Source of the DNA: a virus
Taxonomy: Duplodnaviria > Caudoviricetes
Reading direction: 5' to 3' (one strand)
Virus record (IMG/VR): IMGVR_UViG_3300010048_000014
Coordinates: 1 to 54,049 of that record
DNA length: 54,049 nucleotides
Part shown: one piece after another, positions 36,039 through 46,412 of the stretch
How positions within the stretch are numbered: the first letter of the stretch is position 1
Layout of the letters: every line of letters starts with the position of its first letter
Notes under the pieces: model-generated
Told to the model about the DNA's origin: nothing
Seen by the model: only the letters and a program-made list of their open reading frames with translations
The model's database searches: none
Position numbers and translations under genes: made by a program

Positions 36039-37418
36039 TTACCCCGTTAACAACGGATTGCCGCCCGTGGTGATGTTAATATTCTGACCGCTACCCAGAC
36101 CGGCAACTTTCATCGTTCCGCCACTCATGGCCGCAGCGAAGTTGGTGATGGCATTCCCGGTCATCTGCTGAAGCTGTATATCCAGACGCTGCATCATCAT
36201 CGGCAACTCGGCTGCAATCTGGGTAGCTGAAGCGCCCGTAGACAACATCCGATTTGCGGTATCCGTAATCTGCTGACCAAGCTGTTCGCGCAGCGCCAGC
36301 ATCTGGTTATCAACGGCATTCAAGTCCTGCGCTAATGCCGTATTCTTTTGCGGGTCGGTAGACAGGCTTTGACCGCCGTAGCTCTGGATCACCCGCGCTC
36401 GTTGAGCATTGCGGAAGCTATCCAACAGCGCCTGCATCGGTGCTGGCACTGGGCCGCCAGTCATCAGCGCTTCACCGGCTTGCAACATCGGTCGTGCGGC
36501 AGATAAAGACGCCTGACCGGCTTGAGCGATCCGGTTCTGGTAATCTGTCTCTTGCTGTTGCAAGTTCTTCAATGCCTGCTGGCCTTGATAGCCCTGGAAC
36601 ATGTTCCAGCCCAGCCCGGCAATGCCAATATCAGTCAACGGATTGCCAAGCGCTTTGCCTACTTGTCCGGGGAAAGCGCTTAAGCTTTGCGCAAAATTAG
36701 CTGCAAACCCACCACCATCTGCTGCGGCGGCAGGTGGCGCGGTTGCAGCAACGCCACCCGGCCCTAACCAACCCGCACCACCAGAAACAGGCGCGGCACC
36801 CATGCCTGGATCAAATGGCGTAGGACCGGGACCAAAAACATTAGGAGGACCAGCGGCTGCGCCCGGAGGTCCGACCGCAAAGTCTCCGCCCGTAAAAGCC
36901 GTATCCGTGCCAACCGGAGTGTTTAAGAAAGATGGCCCCATAGCCGTGTCGCCAGCGCCTATAGCGCTGCCAAGAGACGGAGCGACCGTGGTGTCGCCAG
37001 CGGGCGCAAGTCCTAACCCTGGAGTTGGCGGTACAACATCAGGACCAATTGCCGCCTCTCCGGTTATTTGTCCCCATGTTGCCGGGTCGAAGAAGCTCAC
37101 AGCTTCGGGGGTAAGCGCGCTAAGGGCACCCCCGCCTGCCGTGCCTGCGGCTTCACCGCCAGCCAATAGATCAAGCGGAGCGGCAGCTTCCGTAGCTGCC
37201 AGACCCCCCTCTGCGGCAAACCCTGCCCCAGCCGCTGGCAGCAGTTCCGGTAGCGCCAGACCCGCAGACAGGACGGCAGGTGCAGCAAACTCAGCGATCT
37301 TCGCCCATTCCGGTTGGTTGGCGAACGACGAGCCAAAGTCCTTGAAAATGTTCTGTGGAGCGATGTCTTCGCCCAAATTGCCGAAGTTGCCGTGGAACAA
37401 ATCCGACAGAAAACTCAT
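36039..37418 (-). CDS. Internal virion / DNA ejection (pilot-type) protein
   Basis: Gly/Ala-rich N-terminus, Gln-rich helical C-terminus; start reassigned to ATG 37418. Confidence 0.65.
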   Translation of the reverse strand: MSFLSDLFHGNFGNLGEDIAPQNIFKDFGSSFANQPEWAKIAEFAAPAVLSAGLALPELLPAAGAGFAAEGGLAATEAAAPLDLLAGGEAAGTAGGGALSALTPEAVSFFDPATWGQITGEAAIGPDVVPPTPGLGLAPAGDTTVAPSLGSAIGAGDTAMGPSFLNTPVGTDTAFTGGDFAVGPPGAAAGPPNVFGPGPTPFDPGMGAAPVSGGAGWLGPGGVAATAPPAAAADGGGFAANFAQSLSAFPGQVGKALGNPLTDIGIAGLGWNMFQGYQGQQALKNLQQQETDYQNRIAQAGQASLSAARPMLQAGEALMTGGPVPAPMQALLDSFRNAQRARVIQSYGGQSLSTDPQKNTALAQDLNAVDNQMLALREQLGQQITDTANRMLSTGASATQIAAELPMMMQRLDIQLQQMTGNAITNFAAAMSGGTMKVAGLGSGQNINITTGGNPLLTG

Positions 37419-37765
37419 CAGCCAACTCCTAGCGCAGCCGATATACGCTGATGCTCCGCGCCGTTGAGGCGCAACCACATAGCGAACTGATCCTCGTCCT
37501 GCCAATCGAGCGACAGAAGATTATACCCCTGCGTGCCAAGGGCAAAGTTGGCTTGATCGTGGGCCGCCTGATGCTCATACAGCCACATACCCAAGTCGTT
37601 TGGATCAAGCGGATCAAGCAGGTATTGCTGCGCAATCTGGTTCTTCAGGCGCAATATCTGCGGTATCCAGTCATAGTGGTTGGCAGCATGATTGAACGAC
37701 CATGACGACCATTCTTCTTCGGTCTGCGGGCGACCGTAAATCGCTGGCAAGCTCACGATGCCCAC
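37418..37765 (-). CDS. Hypothetical protein with three W-x3-(H/N)-x3-H repeats
   Basis: WSFNHAANH, WLYEHQAAH, WLRLNGAEH. Confidence 0.7.
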   Translation of the reverse strand: MGIVSLPAIYGRPQTEEEWSSWSFNHAANHYDWIPQILRLKNQIAQQYLLDPLDPNDLGMWLYEHQAAHDQANFALGTQGYNLLSLDWQDEDQFAMWLRLNGAEHQRISAALGVG

Positions 37766-38562
37766 CCGATATCGCTGACCCGGATCGCCAAGGTATTGGG
37801 AACCAGCGACACAGGCGAAAAAGCGTTGATCACCACGGTACCGTTGGCAGACACATACGGGACAAAGTTAACGGCAGTAGGAACGTTGGACGGCAACCCA
37901 AGCATGATGTTGTCGCCGGGCTGCGCGGCAGCAAAACTGACCGACGCCGACGAAACAGCGTTGGCGGCAGCACCGGCAAACACCACCGATGCAACCAAGG
38001 TCGAGGTCATGCGGGTAATGAAGTCGCCGCTTCCGATCTGCAACGACACCGCTTGTGCAGTAATGGCGTTAAGCGATGCGATTGACGCCTGCGCTAGCGT
38101 GCCGCGCGTAGTAACCGCCAATGTAGCGGTCGTCACAAAATTAAACACAGGGCTTAGACCAACCGCGCTACTTGCCGTCCCAGATAGCAGGTGAAATCCG
38201 CCAGCATTCAAGTTCAAAGACTGGTCGTATGACAACGTAAGCTGGCACAGGTTGATGATTTCCGACCCGGTCAACGCCACCGGCCCGCCGGAAGTGTCCT
38301 TGTAAATATTGAACGTGCCACCAAATCCGACAACTCCCGCCGTTGCTGCTCCGGTGTTGGTCGCTATAGCAACCCCGGTAAACTGCATTCCGGTTTGATA
38401 GGTACTCAACGGACTAGCAGCATTAACTGGCGTCAGTGTCAGCGCGTTAGCCGAACCACTGATATTGCATTGGATCGGAGCCAGTGCTGTCAGAATAGCG
38501 AAATTGCCGTCTAATTGCGGCGTGGTCGCGGTCGTCAGATTGGCAAACGTCGTCCAAGCCAT
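37753..38562 (-). CDS. Tail-associated structural protein
   Basis: Ala/Thr/Ser-rich; QLDGNF N-terminal motif; follows nozzle. Confidence 0.7.
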   Translation of the reverse strand: MAWTTFANLTTATTPQLDGNFAILTALAPIQCNISGSANALTLTPVNAASPLSTYQTGMQFTGVAIATNTGAATAGVVGFGGTFNIYKDTSGGPVALTGSEIINLCQLTLSYDQSLNLNAGGFHLLSGTASSAVGLSPVFNFVTTATLAVTTRGTLAQASIASLNAITAQAVSLQIGSGDFITRMTSTLVASVVFAGAAANAVSSASVSFAAAQPGDNIMLGLPSNVPTAVNFVPYVSANGTVVINAFSPVSLVPNTLAIRVSDIGWAS

Positions 38563-38566
38563 TGTG

Positions 38567-40906
38567 TCACCCGCGATACTGTACGATCTCGTCCTGCATC
38601 ATTTCCGATATTAAAATCATATCATCGCACTGCGTGACTGTCGTCATACCCGTCAGAACGCCAAACTGACCGATAGCTGTGGACGGCAGCACCAAAATGA
38701 AATTCGATCCAGTGGTGTACCATGTCAATGGAGCCGCGAAGTTGTTAAACCACGGAACAACAGCCCCGCTGGCATTGAACCAAGTAAAAGACGGCGGCAG
38801 ACCGATATATGGCCCAGCCTCGTTTCCCAAACCGTTCTCATTATCGATCCGGATGCTGTACGAGAGGTTTTGCGAACCCAGAAATTCCGCAAGAGCAAAC
38901 AGTCGCACTGAACTCTTGGTGTGGTCGTAACCGGCAGGAGTGTCCCAAAGTCTTGTCGCCATAACCTTGGGAAATGCGGACGAAGGTTGCGAAAACAATG
39001 GAAACAGGCTCGATCCGTCGGTCCCCCAAGCAGTAAACACAGAATTGATTTCCTGCCCGCAAATATACGTTAGCTGCACATCCTGCGCAGAAGACCACCA
39101 GAATTTACCGTTAAACATGAACAATTCATTATCGCCAGACCCACTAATCGGATCGATGATAGGAACCAATACCATCCAAACCCGCTGGCCAAAGATCGTC
39201 GCCTTAGCCGACGCCAGCTCTACGTTATTGAAATTAGGAAAAGTATTGTATACGCCGTCGAGATCATCACTCTTCTTCACAAACGTCCCGCCCGAAGAAA
39301 CAAACACTCCAGCAGAATTGGCGACTAAAATATCCGCGCCAAAGGTGGTCACAGTCGCTGGATATGGCGTGCCGATTTCCGGATCGGAATTGTTATTGGT
39401 AAACGTCGTTGTCGGGTTGCCGCCTTGCGGCGTATTGGTTTGCACCCCGGAAATGTAATTCATCGAGCTATCGCCGACGAGGAACAGAAATCCGTTGCTC
39501 TGGATCAGGGCGGTATACTTCACTCTCAAAAAATTATCGGAAGACGAGATCGCGCCACCACCATCTGACGTAGCAAAATCACTAACTGAGCCCGGCGCGG
39601 TAAACTGAATAACGTTGCCATTGGCAACCCAAACATGACCGGCATAGGTCTGAACCGCAGTGCCCTGCACCCCGAACGGCATCAGGGCAATAGTTCCAGC
39701 GGCGGTTACCGCCGTGTCGTTCACCGCCAATGTTGGGGCGGTGCTTGTCGTATAAACACCTTGGTTGGTAACATTGACGGCGATGATAGACCCGCCAGAA
39801 ACAACTGGAGACATCACTGCCTGTGTCTGTGCGCTACCACCAGTTACGGTAATTGTTGGAGACGAACTATAGTTCGAGCCACCGCTAATAATCCCTACCG
39901 ACGAAACAAACCAAAAGCCCGTATCCGTAATGGACACAGTAGTACCTAAAGAAAAATAATCCCCACCATTTTTGACGGTTATGGCAGTAATCGCGCCATT
40001 AACAATAGTTACTGACAGAACTGCTGGATTGTTGTTGGCGACACTGCCCGAAACGTGAGCCTGCGTTAGCGAAGAATAACCAGACCCACCCGCATTCACA
40101 GTCACCTTCAGAACATGGAAAACCGAATTTCCGCCAGATGACCCCTGCTGGAAAATTGTTGCAGTAGCCGAAGCCCCAGTACCTGTCCCGCTAAATGTCA
40201 TATTGGCGGCTAGTACCGCGCCGCTGCCAGATTGATTGCCCCCGGTAAACGTCAGTGTCGGTTGATCTCCAACCTGATAACCCGAACCGGGGTTAGTCAT
40301 GGTTACACTGGTAACCGACCCGTTATTGATGGCGGCAACAAAGCTAGCTCCAGAACCGTTACCGCCGGTAGCAGTAACAACTGGGGGGCTGGTATAACCG
40401 CTGCCAACGTTGGTAAGCGTAACTCCCGGCTCTAACGATCCTGACCCGTAAAGATTTGTCCCATCCCACACCCAATAGCCGTTAGTCTGATTGGCAACAA
40501 TAATGAGATACTGGCTGGCATATTGCGTAACCCCTAGACTGGTGACGGACGGAGAACTGATCGTGCCCGGCGGCATGATCTGTGTAACAGCGTAGTTTGT
40601 AGTGTTAACCTGTATTGCAGAACCGTCTGCCAAAAAGACTACCGCATAAGGCGTGGCCCCAAGATTGTAGAAGTAGAAGCAAACAATCCCCTCACTGGGC
40701 GTATACTTCGAGCCGATGCCCCACAGTGTGCGCAGCTTGCGCGGCGCAACCGGCATCCAGCCGTCGCACCAGAACATCTGCTGATCAGGTACGCCTGCGC
40801 GGGTAGTCTTGGTTTGAATACCCTGGAATGCCTCACAGACAAGCGGAGTTGGACCGCGCCTTGCCGCTCCGGTATCGCCTTCGTCGCGCTGTTGTTCAGA
40901 GGGCAC
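38567..40906 (-). CDS. Tail nozzle / stabilisation protein (P22 gp10- or T7 gp12-like position) with inserted GSGY repeats
   Basis: 779 aa, beta-rich; downstream of adaptors. Confidence 0.7.
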   Translation of the reverse strand: MPSEQQRDEGDTGAARRGPTPLVCEAFQGIQTKTTRAGVPDQQMFWCDGWMPVAPRKLRTLWGIGSKYTPSEGIVCFYFYNLGATPYAVVFLADGSAIQVNTTNYAVTQIMPPGTISSPSVTSLGVTQYASQYLIIVANQTNGYWVWDGTNLYGSGSLEPGVTLTNVGSGYTSPPVVTATGGNGSGASFVAAINNGSVTSVTMTNPGSGYQVGDQPTLTFTGGNQSGSGAVLAANMTFSGTGTGASATATIFQQGSSGGNSVFHVLKVTVNAGGSGYSSLTQAHVSGSVANNNPAVLSVTIVNGAITAITVKNGGDYFSLGTTVSITDTGFWFVSSVGIISGGSNYSSSPTITVTGGSAQTQAVMSPVVSGGSIIAVNVTNQGVYTTSTAPTLAVNDTAVTAAGTIALMPFGVQGTAVQTYAGHVWVANGNVIQFTAPGSVSDFATSDGGGAISSSDNFLRVKYTALIQSNGFLFLVGDSSMNYISGVQTNTPQGGNPTTTFTNNNSDPEIGTPYPATVTTFGADILVANSAGVFVSSGGTFVKKSDDLDGVYNTFPNFNNVELASAKATIFGQRVWMVLVPIIDPISGSGDNELFMFNGKFWWSSAQDVQLTYICGQEINSVFTAWGTDGSSLFPLFSQPSSAFPKVMATRLWDTPAGYDHTKSSVRLFALAEFLGSQNLSYSIRIDNENGLGNEAGPYIGLPPSFTWFNASGAVVPWFNNFAAPLTWYTTGSNFILVLPSTAIGQFGVLTGMTTVTQCDDMILISEMMQDEIVQYRG

Positions 40907-41341
40907 TTACACCCTCGCAAATGTTATGTCTTCCGTGGACAATCGCCTAAATACTTCCTTGATGCGTTCTCTTGGCACGTCGCTAAATTGATTGACGATC
41001 ACTTTCTCAATCGACATTGACTTGGCCCAGCGCTTGAACTCCTCGTAGAAGATAACCGCCTCGTCAATGTGATTGATGCTCTGCCGGTTCTCGCAGTAGA
41101 CAAACCGTTCGTAAACAACCGGGTGCTCGTCCATCAGATCAATAACAACCACCTCCGCCAGCGCTATCGCGTGATCAGTGCGGATACAAAGGCAGTCATT
41201 GCGATTGGCCAGCTGGCGCATCCAATTGGCAATGGTGACCTCGCTCTTGTGCGGATAGCGGGTCTGCAAGCGCTGCATGATCCACCCCGCCCTGTCACTC
41301 AGATCAGCGGAACTGAAGCGTCTAATTGTCGGAGCTAGCAT
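40907..41341 (-). CDS. GNAT-like virion assembly protein (tentative)
   Basis: FYEEFKRWAKSMSIEKVIV pattern; GGAGG RBS before ATG 41341. Confidence 0.55.
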   Translation of the reverse strand: MLAPTIRRFSSADLSDRAGWIMQRLQTRYPHKSEVTIANWMRQLANRNDCLCIRTDHAIALAEVVVIDLMDEHPVVYERFVYCENRQSINHIDEAVIFYEEFKRWAKSMSIEKVIVNQFSDVPRERIKEVFRRLSTEDITFARV

Positions 41342-41383
41342 CGTATGACCTCCCAGATAGCCGTACACCCAGTACCACAATCT

Positions 41384-42313
41384 TCAGTAACGTCCGTAAG
41401 GATTGACAACTCGCCCTATGCGCGCCTCGCCAGAGTACTCCTGTGCCATCTTGGTATAGAGGTCCAAGTAATATTTGCTGGCATTAAGGTTCTGAAGCTT
41501 GGCGTAGCCCAAATGCGCAGCAAAATACGGCGGCAGTTCATCCCATGGCGGCTGTAAGATTTCTACGCTCTGATCATCAATCAATTCTTGCGGGAGACAC
41601 TGCATGTCCCATTCCATCTGATAAGTCTGTGACGGCAGCGGGTAAACGTAGAGCGAACCGTTACCACCTTGCCCATACTGAGAGCAGAACGTAGGCACGT
41701 ACTGATACTGGAACGGGTACTGCCGGATCATCGCCTGATAGGTCGAGAACGAATACATCGGCAGCGAATATCGGTAATTGGAGTAGATGATTGATACGCT
41801 ACGAATTGCATAAACCGACGCTACGCCGGGAAATTCCGACAAATCCACATCAGCAAAATTGTATACTTCCTGCCCGCGATTGAGCGTCATCACAAACGAC
41901 ACGACAGGCGTTGCGGTTGCTCCGGTGCCACTGGCATCAGTAATCGTCATTACCGGCTGGAAGTAGCCCGCACCGCCATAGACGTTATTGATCGACGTAA
42001 TCACTCCGCCGACAACATTGGCGGTAGCGAAAGCCTGCGCGCCATTCGGCAATGGCAATTGCCCGGAAGGGAAATCCGGTGGAGTAATCGCCAAAGTCGG
42101 GTTCGCCGTATAGCCAGTACCGCCACTGGTTACCGTCCAACTTAACACCTGCCCGCTGATCGAGGACTTGACCCGCACGCACTGGCATTGGCTTGCCACC
42201 TTGCGGCGGCCCCGGTTAACCCAGCGGATCATGTCCTGCGGGTTGACGCGCTGCTGATTTTCGTCACCCAGAAACTGCTGGGTCATCTTCAAGTGATCGA
42301 ACAGGGCGGTCAT
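41384..42313 (-). CDS. Head-tail adaptor paralog B with inserted GxGY repeat domain
   Basis: Aligns by eye with 42310-43089 (SQYGQG, GS.Y..P.P, C.P..L..D, W...P..AA). Confidence 0.7.
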   Translation of the reverse strand: MTALFDHLKMTQQFLGDENQQRVNPQDMIRWVNRGRRKVASQCQCVRVKSSISGQVLSWTVTSGGTGYTANPTLAITPPDFPSGQLPLPNGAQAFATANVVGGVITSINNVYGGAGYFQPVMTITDASGTGATATPVVSFVMTLNRGQEVYNFADVDLSEFPGVASVYAIRSVSIIYSNYRYSLPMYSFSTYQAMIRQYPFQYQYVPTFCSQYGQGGNGSLYVYPLPSQTYQMEWDMQCLPQELIDDQSVEILQPPWDELPPYFAAHLGYAKLQNLNASKYYLDLYTKMAQEYSGEARIGRVVNPYGRY

Positions 42314-43089
42314 TGCGAAGCTCCTCGCCCCTGCGGCAAGCCCATCTGATTGAGTGCCGTGGGGTCAGGGACCTGTTCGTACTCGTAACGCAGAACGTCT
42401 GGCGTCGCTGCGCTGCGCGCCCGCTGCACAAACTGCGTGTAATATTGATAATACCGCTCCCCGTCTTGCATCCGCGCCGAAGTCTGCGCCGACAACAAAG
42501 CGTAATAGGCAGCATAGAACGGGACCGCATCTGTCCACAGATAGGGGATGGCCTCGATATCGGTGTCGGTGGCCAAGGCGTTTGGATAGCAAACGCAATC
42601 ACAGGTCAAAGCATAGATCGCATCCGGTATCGGATCGATATAGAAGCTGCCGGAAAGCATAGTGCCGCTGCCGACATTGGTGACACCGCCACCTCCAGAC
42701 GAACCCTGCCCGTACTGGGACCAGATCACAGGGAAGCTAGACGGAGGTACAGGATTGTTGAGGTGGTAAAGCTCAAACCAAGGCCACGCGCGCGGCTGAA
42801 GCTCCTTGAAGCCAAGACCAACAGCGTACCGGATCGAGCGAATATGGATGACGCCTTGAATGCCGGTAGCGGCTGGCGAACCGCCAAGATTTATCGCTGA
42901 AAATAAATAATTGCGCTGTCCAACAACCGTAGAGATAGTCCCCTGAACTCGGATACAACGCGCCTCCCCCGCTAATTGCCCGCGCGCGGTATTCACGTAG
43001 GAAGTGATGTCGCTGGTCGAATATAGCCCGGTAGGGGCACCGGGGTTCTGAAGCAATCTAGCGGTCTGAGTTTGATAGTATGTGAGCAC
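42310..43089 (-). CDS. Head-tail adaptor paralog A
   Basis: Position after capsid; DITSYVNTAR...EAIPYLWTDAVPFYAAYYA. Confidence 0.7.
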   Translation of the reverse strand: MLTYYQTQTARLLQNPGAPTGLYSTSDITSYVNTARGQLAGEARCIRVQGTISTVVGQRNYLFSAINLGGSPAATGIQGVIHIRSIRYAVGLGFKELQPRAWPWFELYHLNNPVPPSSFPVIWSQYGQGSSGGGGVTNVGSGTMLSGSFYIDPIPDAIYALTCDCVCYPNALATDTDIEAIPYLWTDAVPFYAAYYALLSAQTSARMQDGERYYQYYTQFVQRARSAATPDVLRYEYEQVPDPTALNQMGLPQGRGASQ

Positions 43090-43113
43090 GGCACACGCTC
43101 CTGTGCCGTACCA

Positions 43114-43356
43114 TCATACCGGAATTACAACGATGTAGCCGGGCGTAGAACGCTCTGCATCAATCCGATGCGCCCGCATCATGCCGTCCGCTCCCCGCGT
43201 CAAGAACACATCTCCACGGGACATAGCGCCCAAAAAGTTAGTATTGGCGATGGAGTTGTTACCGCCAATCTCCGCGTCAGGCAGCGTAATCTTCACCCCG
43301 AACGGATTGCGCGGGCGAAATCCTGTCGTGCCTACCGAATAGGTTGCTGATGCCAT
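43114..43356 (-). CDS. Hypothetical virion-associated protein
   Basis: TAATG overlap with upstream gene. Confidence 0.7.
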   Translation of the reverse strand: MASATYSVGTTGFRPRNPFGVKITLPDAEIGGNNSIANTNFLGAMSRGDVFLTRGADGMMRAHRIDAERSTPGYIVVIPV

Positions 43357-44513
43357 TATGTCTTGAACGGTTGAATGACAATGATGTCCTGCGTAGTTCC
43401 CATTGTCAGGGCGATGGTATTGCCAACCGGAGTTCCAGCCGCACCGCCAGCCATCTGAGAAGGCTGCGGTGTGCCTTCGAACAAGCCGCCGTCGATAATG
43501 GTCGCAAGCTGCGCCGCCACCGTGCCCAGTGCCGTTACGGCGGCTGTCGCCTGCAATGGACGTGGCTTGAAGGTCAAATGCTCAAAGTCCGGGCCGTTGG
43601 TGATAGTGCCAACACTGGGAGCGCCGCCGGTAGAGGTAACGCCAGCGCCCAACGTGCCCCATCCAGTTCCCGTGCCGCTCAAGCTGACCGCTGTCGTGGT
43701 CATCATAAACACGGGCGCGATAGTGGCATTGGACCCAACACCGGCAGGCGTCAGCGTCAGGTTGCCTGGAGTAAGCGTGTTGCCGTTGTTGGTGCAGAGA
43801 ACGGCCGTGATCGACCCAGCACCCACTGTCTGGACCGTGATGGTCGCTGCCGTGATACCGGTCGCAAGGTTGGGATCGAACGGCGACGGCACCACAACCA
43901 CGGTAGGAGCAGTCGGATACCCTGCGCCTGGATTGTTGAAGGTAAAACCTGAAACCGTACCGGATGCGATATTGGCCCAGCCAGACGCCTGAATACCGCC
44001 GATCCCATTCGGGTTGGTTTCGTTACTTGGGGGAGGCGGAATAAAGACCAGCGGCGCAATACCGTATCCGGCTCCAGCAGAAGTCACAGTGGCGTTGCCG
44101 AGTTGCCCGCCAACGATAGGTGCCCACGTTGAGCCACCGCCGCCGGTTACCGTTACCGTAGTCGAGGACTGTACCCAGCCGCCACCGTATTGGATGATAG
44201 TCGCCGCAACCGGACATCCGGTCAGATTGGCGATGCGAACGTCAAAGCCGTCGCTGTCGATAATGCGGTTGCCCGGTTCCCAAGCTCCCGACGCGCCCGT
44301 AACCCATGTGTTGGTAACGGGATCAAGATACTGGAGGACGCAGTACATGCCCTCCGTGAGTATCCATGTGCCGCGCGGCACAACCAGTGACTGCCCTCCT
44401 GCCAAACAAATACGGTTTGACGAGGCGTCATAGGTCGATTGTGACAGTTCTGAAGGATACAGGTTCTGTGGGAACTGTAATCCTTGGCCGGGGCCTTGGA
44501 GCGGACCAGACAT
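43356..44513 (-). CDS. Putative capsid decoration / head fibre protein with GAGY repeats
   Basis: Directly after MCP; Gly/Thr-rich. Confidence 0.65.
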   Translation of the reverse strand: MSGPLQGPGQGLQFPQNLYPSELSQSTYDASSNRICLAGGQSLVVPRGTWILTEGMYCVLQYLDPVTNTWVTGASGAWEPGNRIIDSDGFDVRIANLTGCPVAATIIQYGGGWVQSSTTVTVTGGGGSTWAPIVGGQLGNATVTSAGAGYGIAPLVFIPPPPSNETNPNGIGGIQASGWANIASGTVSGFTFNNPGAGYPTAPTVVVVPSPFDPNLATGITAATITVQTVGAGSITAVLCTNNGNTLTPGNLTLTPAGVGSNATIAPVFMMTTTAVSLSGTGTGWGTLGAGVTSTGGAPSVGTITNGPDFEHLTFKPRPLQATAAVTALGTVAAQLATIIDGGLFEGTPQPSQMAGGAAGTPVGNTIALTMGTTQDIIVIQPFKT

Positions 44514-44528
44514 TGTGCTTTTTCTCCG

Positions 44529-45581
44529 TTAGAACTGCGCGCCGCCGACGTTCGATGTCGTCACCGCATTCGCTGATGGCTTTCCAGTACAGACCTCATA
44601 GCCAACAACGGTCACCCCCTGCTGACCGATTTGTCCAAGGGGGACCAAGCTATAAAATCCTGAAAAATCAAAGGCTGCGTCTTCTGATAAATACATAGCC
44701 GTGTACTTACAGTTGACCGCGAAAACCTGCCCTTTCGGACAGAAGTGATCGTTAAAGACCGGCACCCCCGATACCACTAAGTTCGGGAAGCTGGTGCGAA
44801 CCTGCGTATCCATGTTGTAGGCATTGCCAACCACCGGGTTCAATTGCTCGATCCCGATGAAGCTGTTGTTCAACGTGGCATAATCGCCGGGCGACATGAC
44901 CACAAATGTCGGGGCCTCACCGCCCGCTGCGTCCGTTACCTGCGCGACAAAAGTCGCCATGGTCGAACGGTTGAAGCCCAGAGTGGTGACAGTCGCGGTC
45001 GAATAGGCACCAGTGGCTACGTTAATCAACTGACCTTGGAACGCGCTGTTGCCCTGTGCTGTCCGGTTAATGCCGCCGTAGATCGGGAAATTGGTCCCGT
45101 TATCGAAGGCGTTCAGGAAGCTGTCAGGGAACAGTCCGTTGGTGGTGTTGTTCGTATACAGCAACCGCGCCATTTGCTGCCGCGTTACCGCATACACGTC
45201 ATTCATGCGGGCCTTGAGAAGGCTGATCTCCCGATCCGTGGCTTGGATCACCGTCTCGCCGAACGGCAATGGTACCGGGACAACCCAGTAGGAAATAGCG
45301 AACTGAAGGTTCTGTATCCCCGGCGTTATGACCGGCGAGTTAAACCCGCCGCCATAGCCGACGAACTGACCCTGCACCATGCTCTGGCCTTGCGCCGGGA
45401 TGGTGATCTGGTTCAGGCCGCCTGCCGCCCGTTGGGCGTTGCCGATCATGTAGTACAGACTGGCAGACCCGAAATAAATCTGGACGAACAAGCGCGGGAC
45501 GAAGGCGCGGCGCGTAACAGCGGCTAGCTCGTTATAGAGCGAACCCGCAGCGGGGGTTGCGCCAATACCGGGAAGGGGCAT
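44529..45581 (-). CDS. Major capsid protein
   Basis: 350 aa after scaffold; ELAAVTRRAFVPRL, GGINRT, VSGVPVFNDHFCP. Confidence 0.85.
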   Translation of the reverse strand: MPLPGIGATPAAGSLYNELAAVTRRAFVPRLFVQIYFGSASLYYMIGNAQRAAGGLNQITIPAQGQSMVQGQFVGYGGGFNSPVITPGIQNLQFAISYWVVPVPLPFGETVIQATDREISLLKARMNDVYAVTRQQMARLLYTNNTTNGLFPDSFLNAFDNGTNFPIYGGINRTAQGNSAFQGQLINVATGAYSTATVTTLGFNRSTMATFVAQVTDAAGGEAPTFVVMSPGDYATLNNSFIGIEQLNPVVGNAYNMDTQVRTSFPNLVVSGVPVFNDHFCPKGQVFAVNCKYTAMYLSEDAAFDFSGFYSLVPLGQIGQQGVTVVGYEVCTGKPSANAVTTSNVGGAQF

Positions 45582-45593
45582 CTCTTATCTCCT

Positions 45594-46202
45594 CTACCTC
45601 CGCCTGTTCGCTTGGGCGACCTGTTGACGGAACTCATTGAGAGCTTCGCGCGCCATCTTGTCCGTAAGGACGTCGCTATTGCCGCGACTGTCGATCAGAC
45701 GCTTGATGTCGCTGTCTTTGTCTTCGGGTGGTGTTTCGAGGAAGTTCCACGCACCGACGCCGCCGGGCATGGTGGGAGGAGGCGGCGGGTTCTGCTTCTC
45801 CCAGTAGGCGGCTGCGGCTTCGTGATTAACGATGCCTTCCTTCTCCATGATCTCTTTTTCTATTTTTTCGATTGCAGTTTCGCTGTAGCCCTGATCACGA
45901 AGTTTCTGGCGGCCTGTCTCCCACTTGGACCTCAGTAGCCCCTGCGCCCTTTCCTCCTCGTCCTTCTTCCTCTCGTCATCATGCTTCTTCTCCATTTCGG
46001 CAATCTGTTTTTCCAGCGCCTCGACGCGGGTATTGGCAACCTTGTCGGCATCCGCCAGCGGAGTAGCTACGTTGGGATCGACTTCCTTATGCATCGCTTC
46101 CAGCGCGCGCGCGTTCTTCGGGTTCGATGCGATCTTGCGCATCGTCTGCAAAGTACGCATGCCCAGATTGTACTGTTCCTCGTCTACTTCGATCTTAGCC
46201 AT
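45594..46202 (-). CDS. Capsid scaffolding protein
   Basis: Charged coiled-coil immediately upstream of MCP. Confidence 0.7.
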   Translation of the reverse strand: MAKIEVDEEQYNLGMRTLQTMRKIASNPKNARALEAMHKEVDPNVATPLADADKVANTRVEALEKQIAEMEKKHDDERKKDEEERAQGLLRSKWETGRQKLRDQGYSETAIEKIEKEIMEKEGIVNHEAAAAYWEKQNPPPPPTMPGGVGAWNFLETPPEDKDSDIKRLIDSRGNSDVLTDKMAREALNEFRQQVAQANRRR

Positions 46203-46208
46203 GACGAG

Positions 46209-46400
46209 TTACTTCGTGTTACCCGGCGCTGAACCAGCATTCGGAACGTGAGAAAGCGGCAGTTCCTTAGACACATGCTTTGCAGGCAAATGACTGTGCC
46301 GACCACCGATGTCGGCTTGCATCAAGTCAACCCGCACGATCTGTTCGTCGCTCTCAGGGACTGACTTGGTGTTATTCTGAAAAATATTCAGATTACTCAT
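46209..46400 (-). CDS. Hypothetical protein
   Basis: GGAGG RBS. Confidence 0.7.
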   Translation of the reverse strand: MSNLNIFQNNTKSVPESDEQIVRVDLMQADIGGRHSHLPAKHVSKELPLSHVPNAGSAPGNTK

Positions 46401-46412
46401 TGGATGCCTCCG

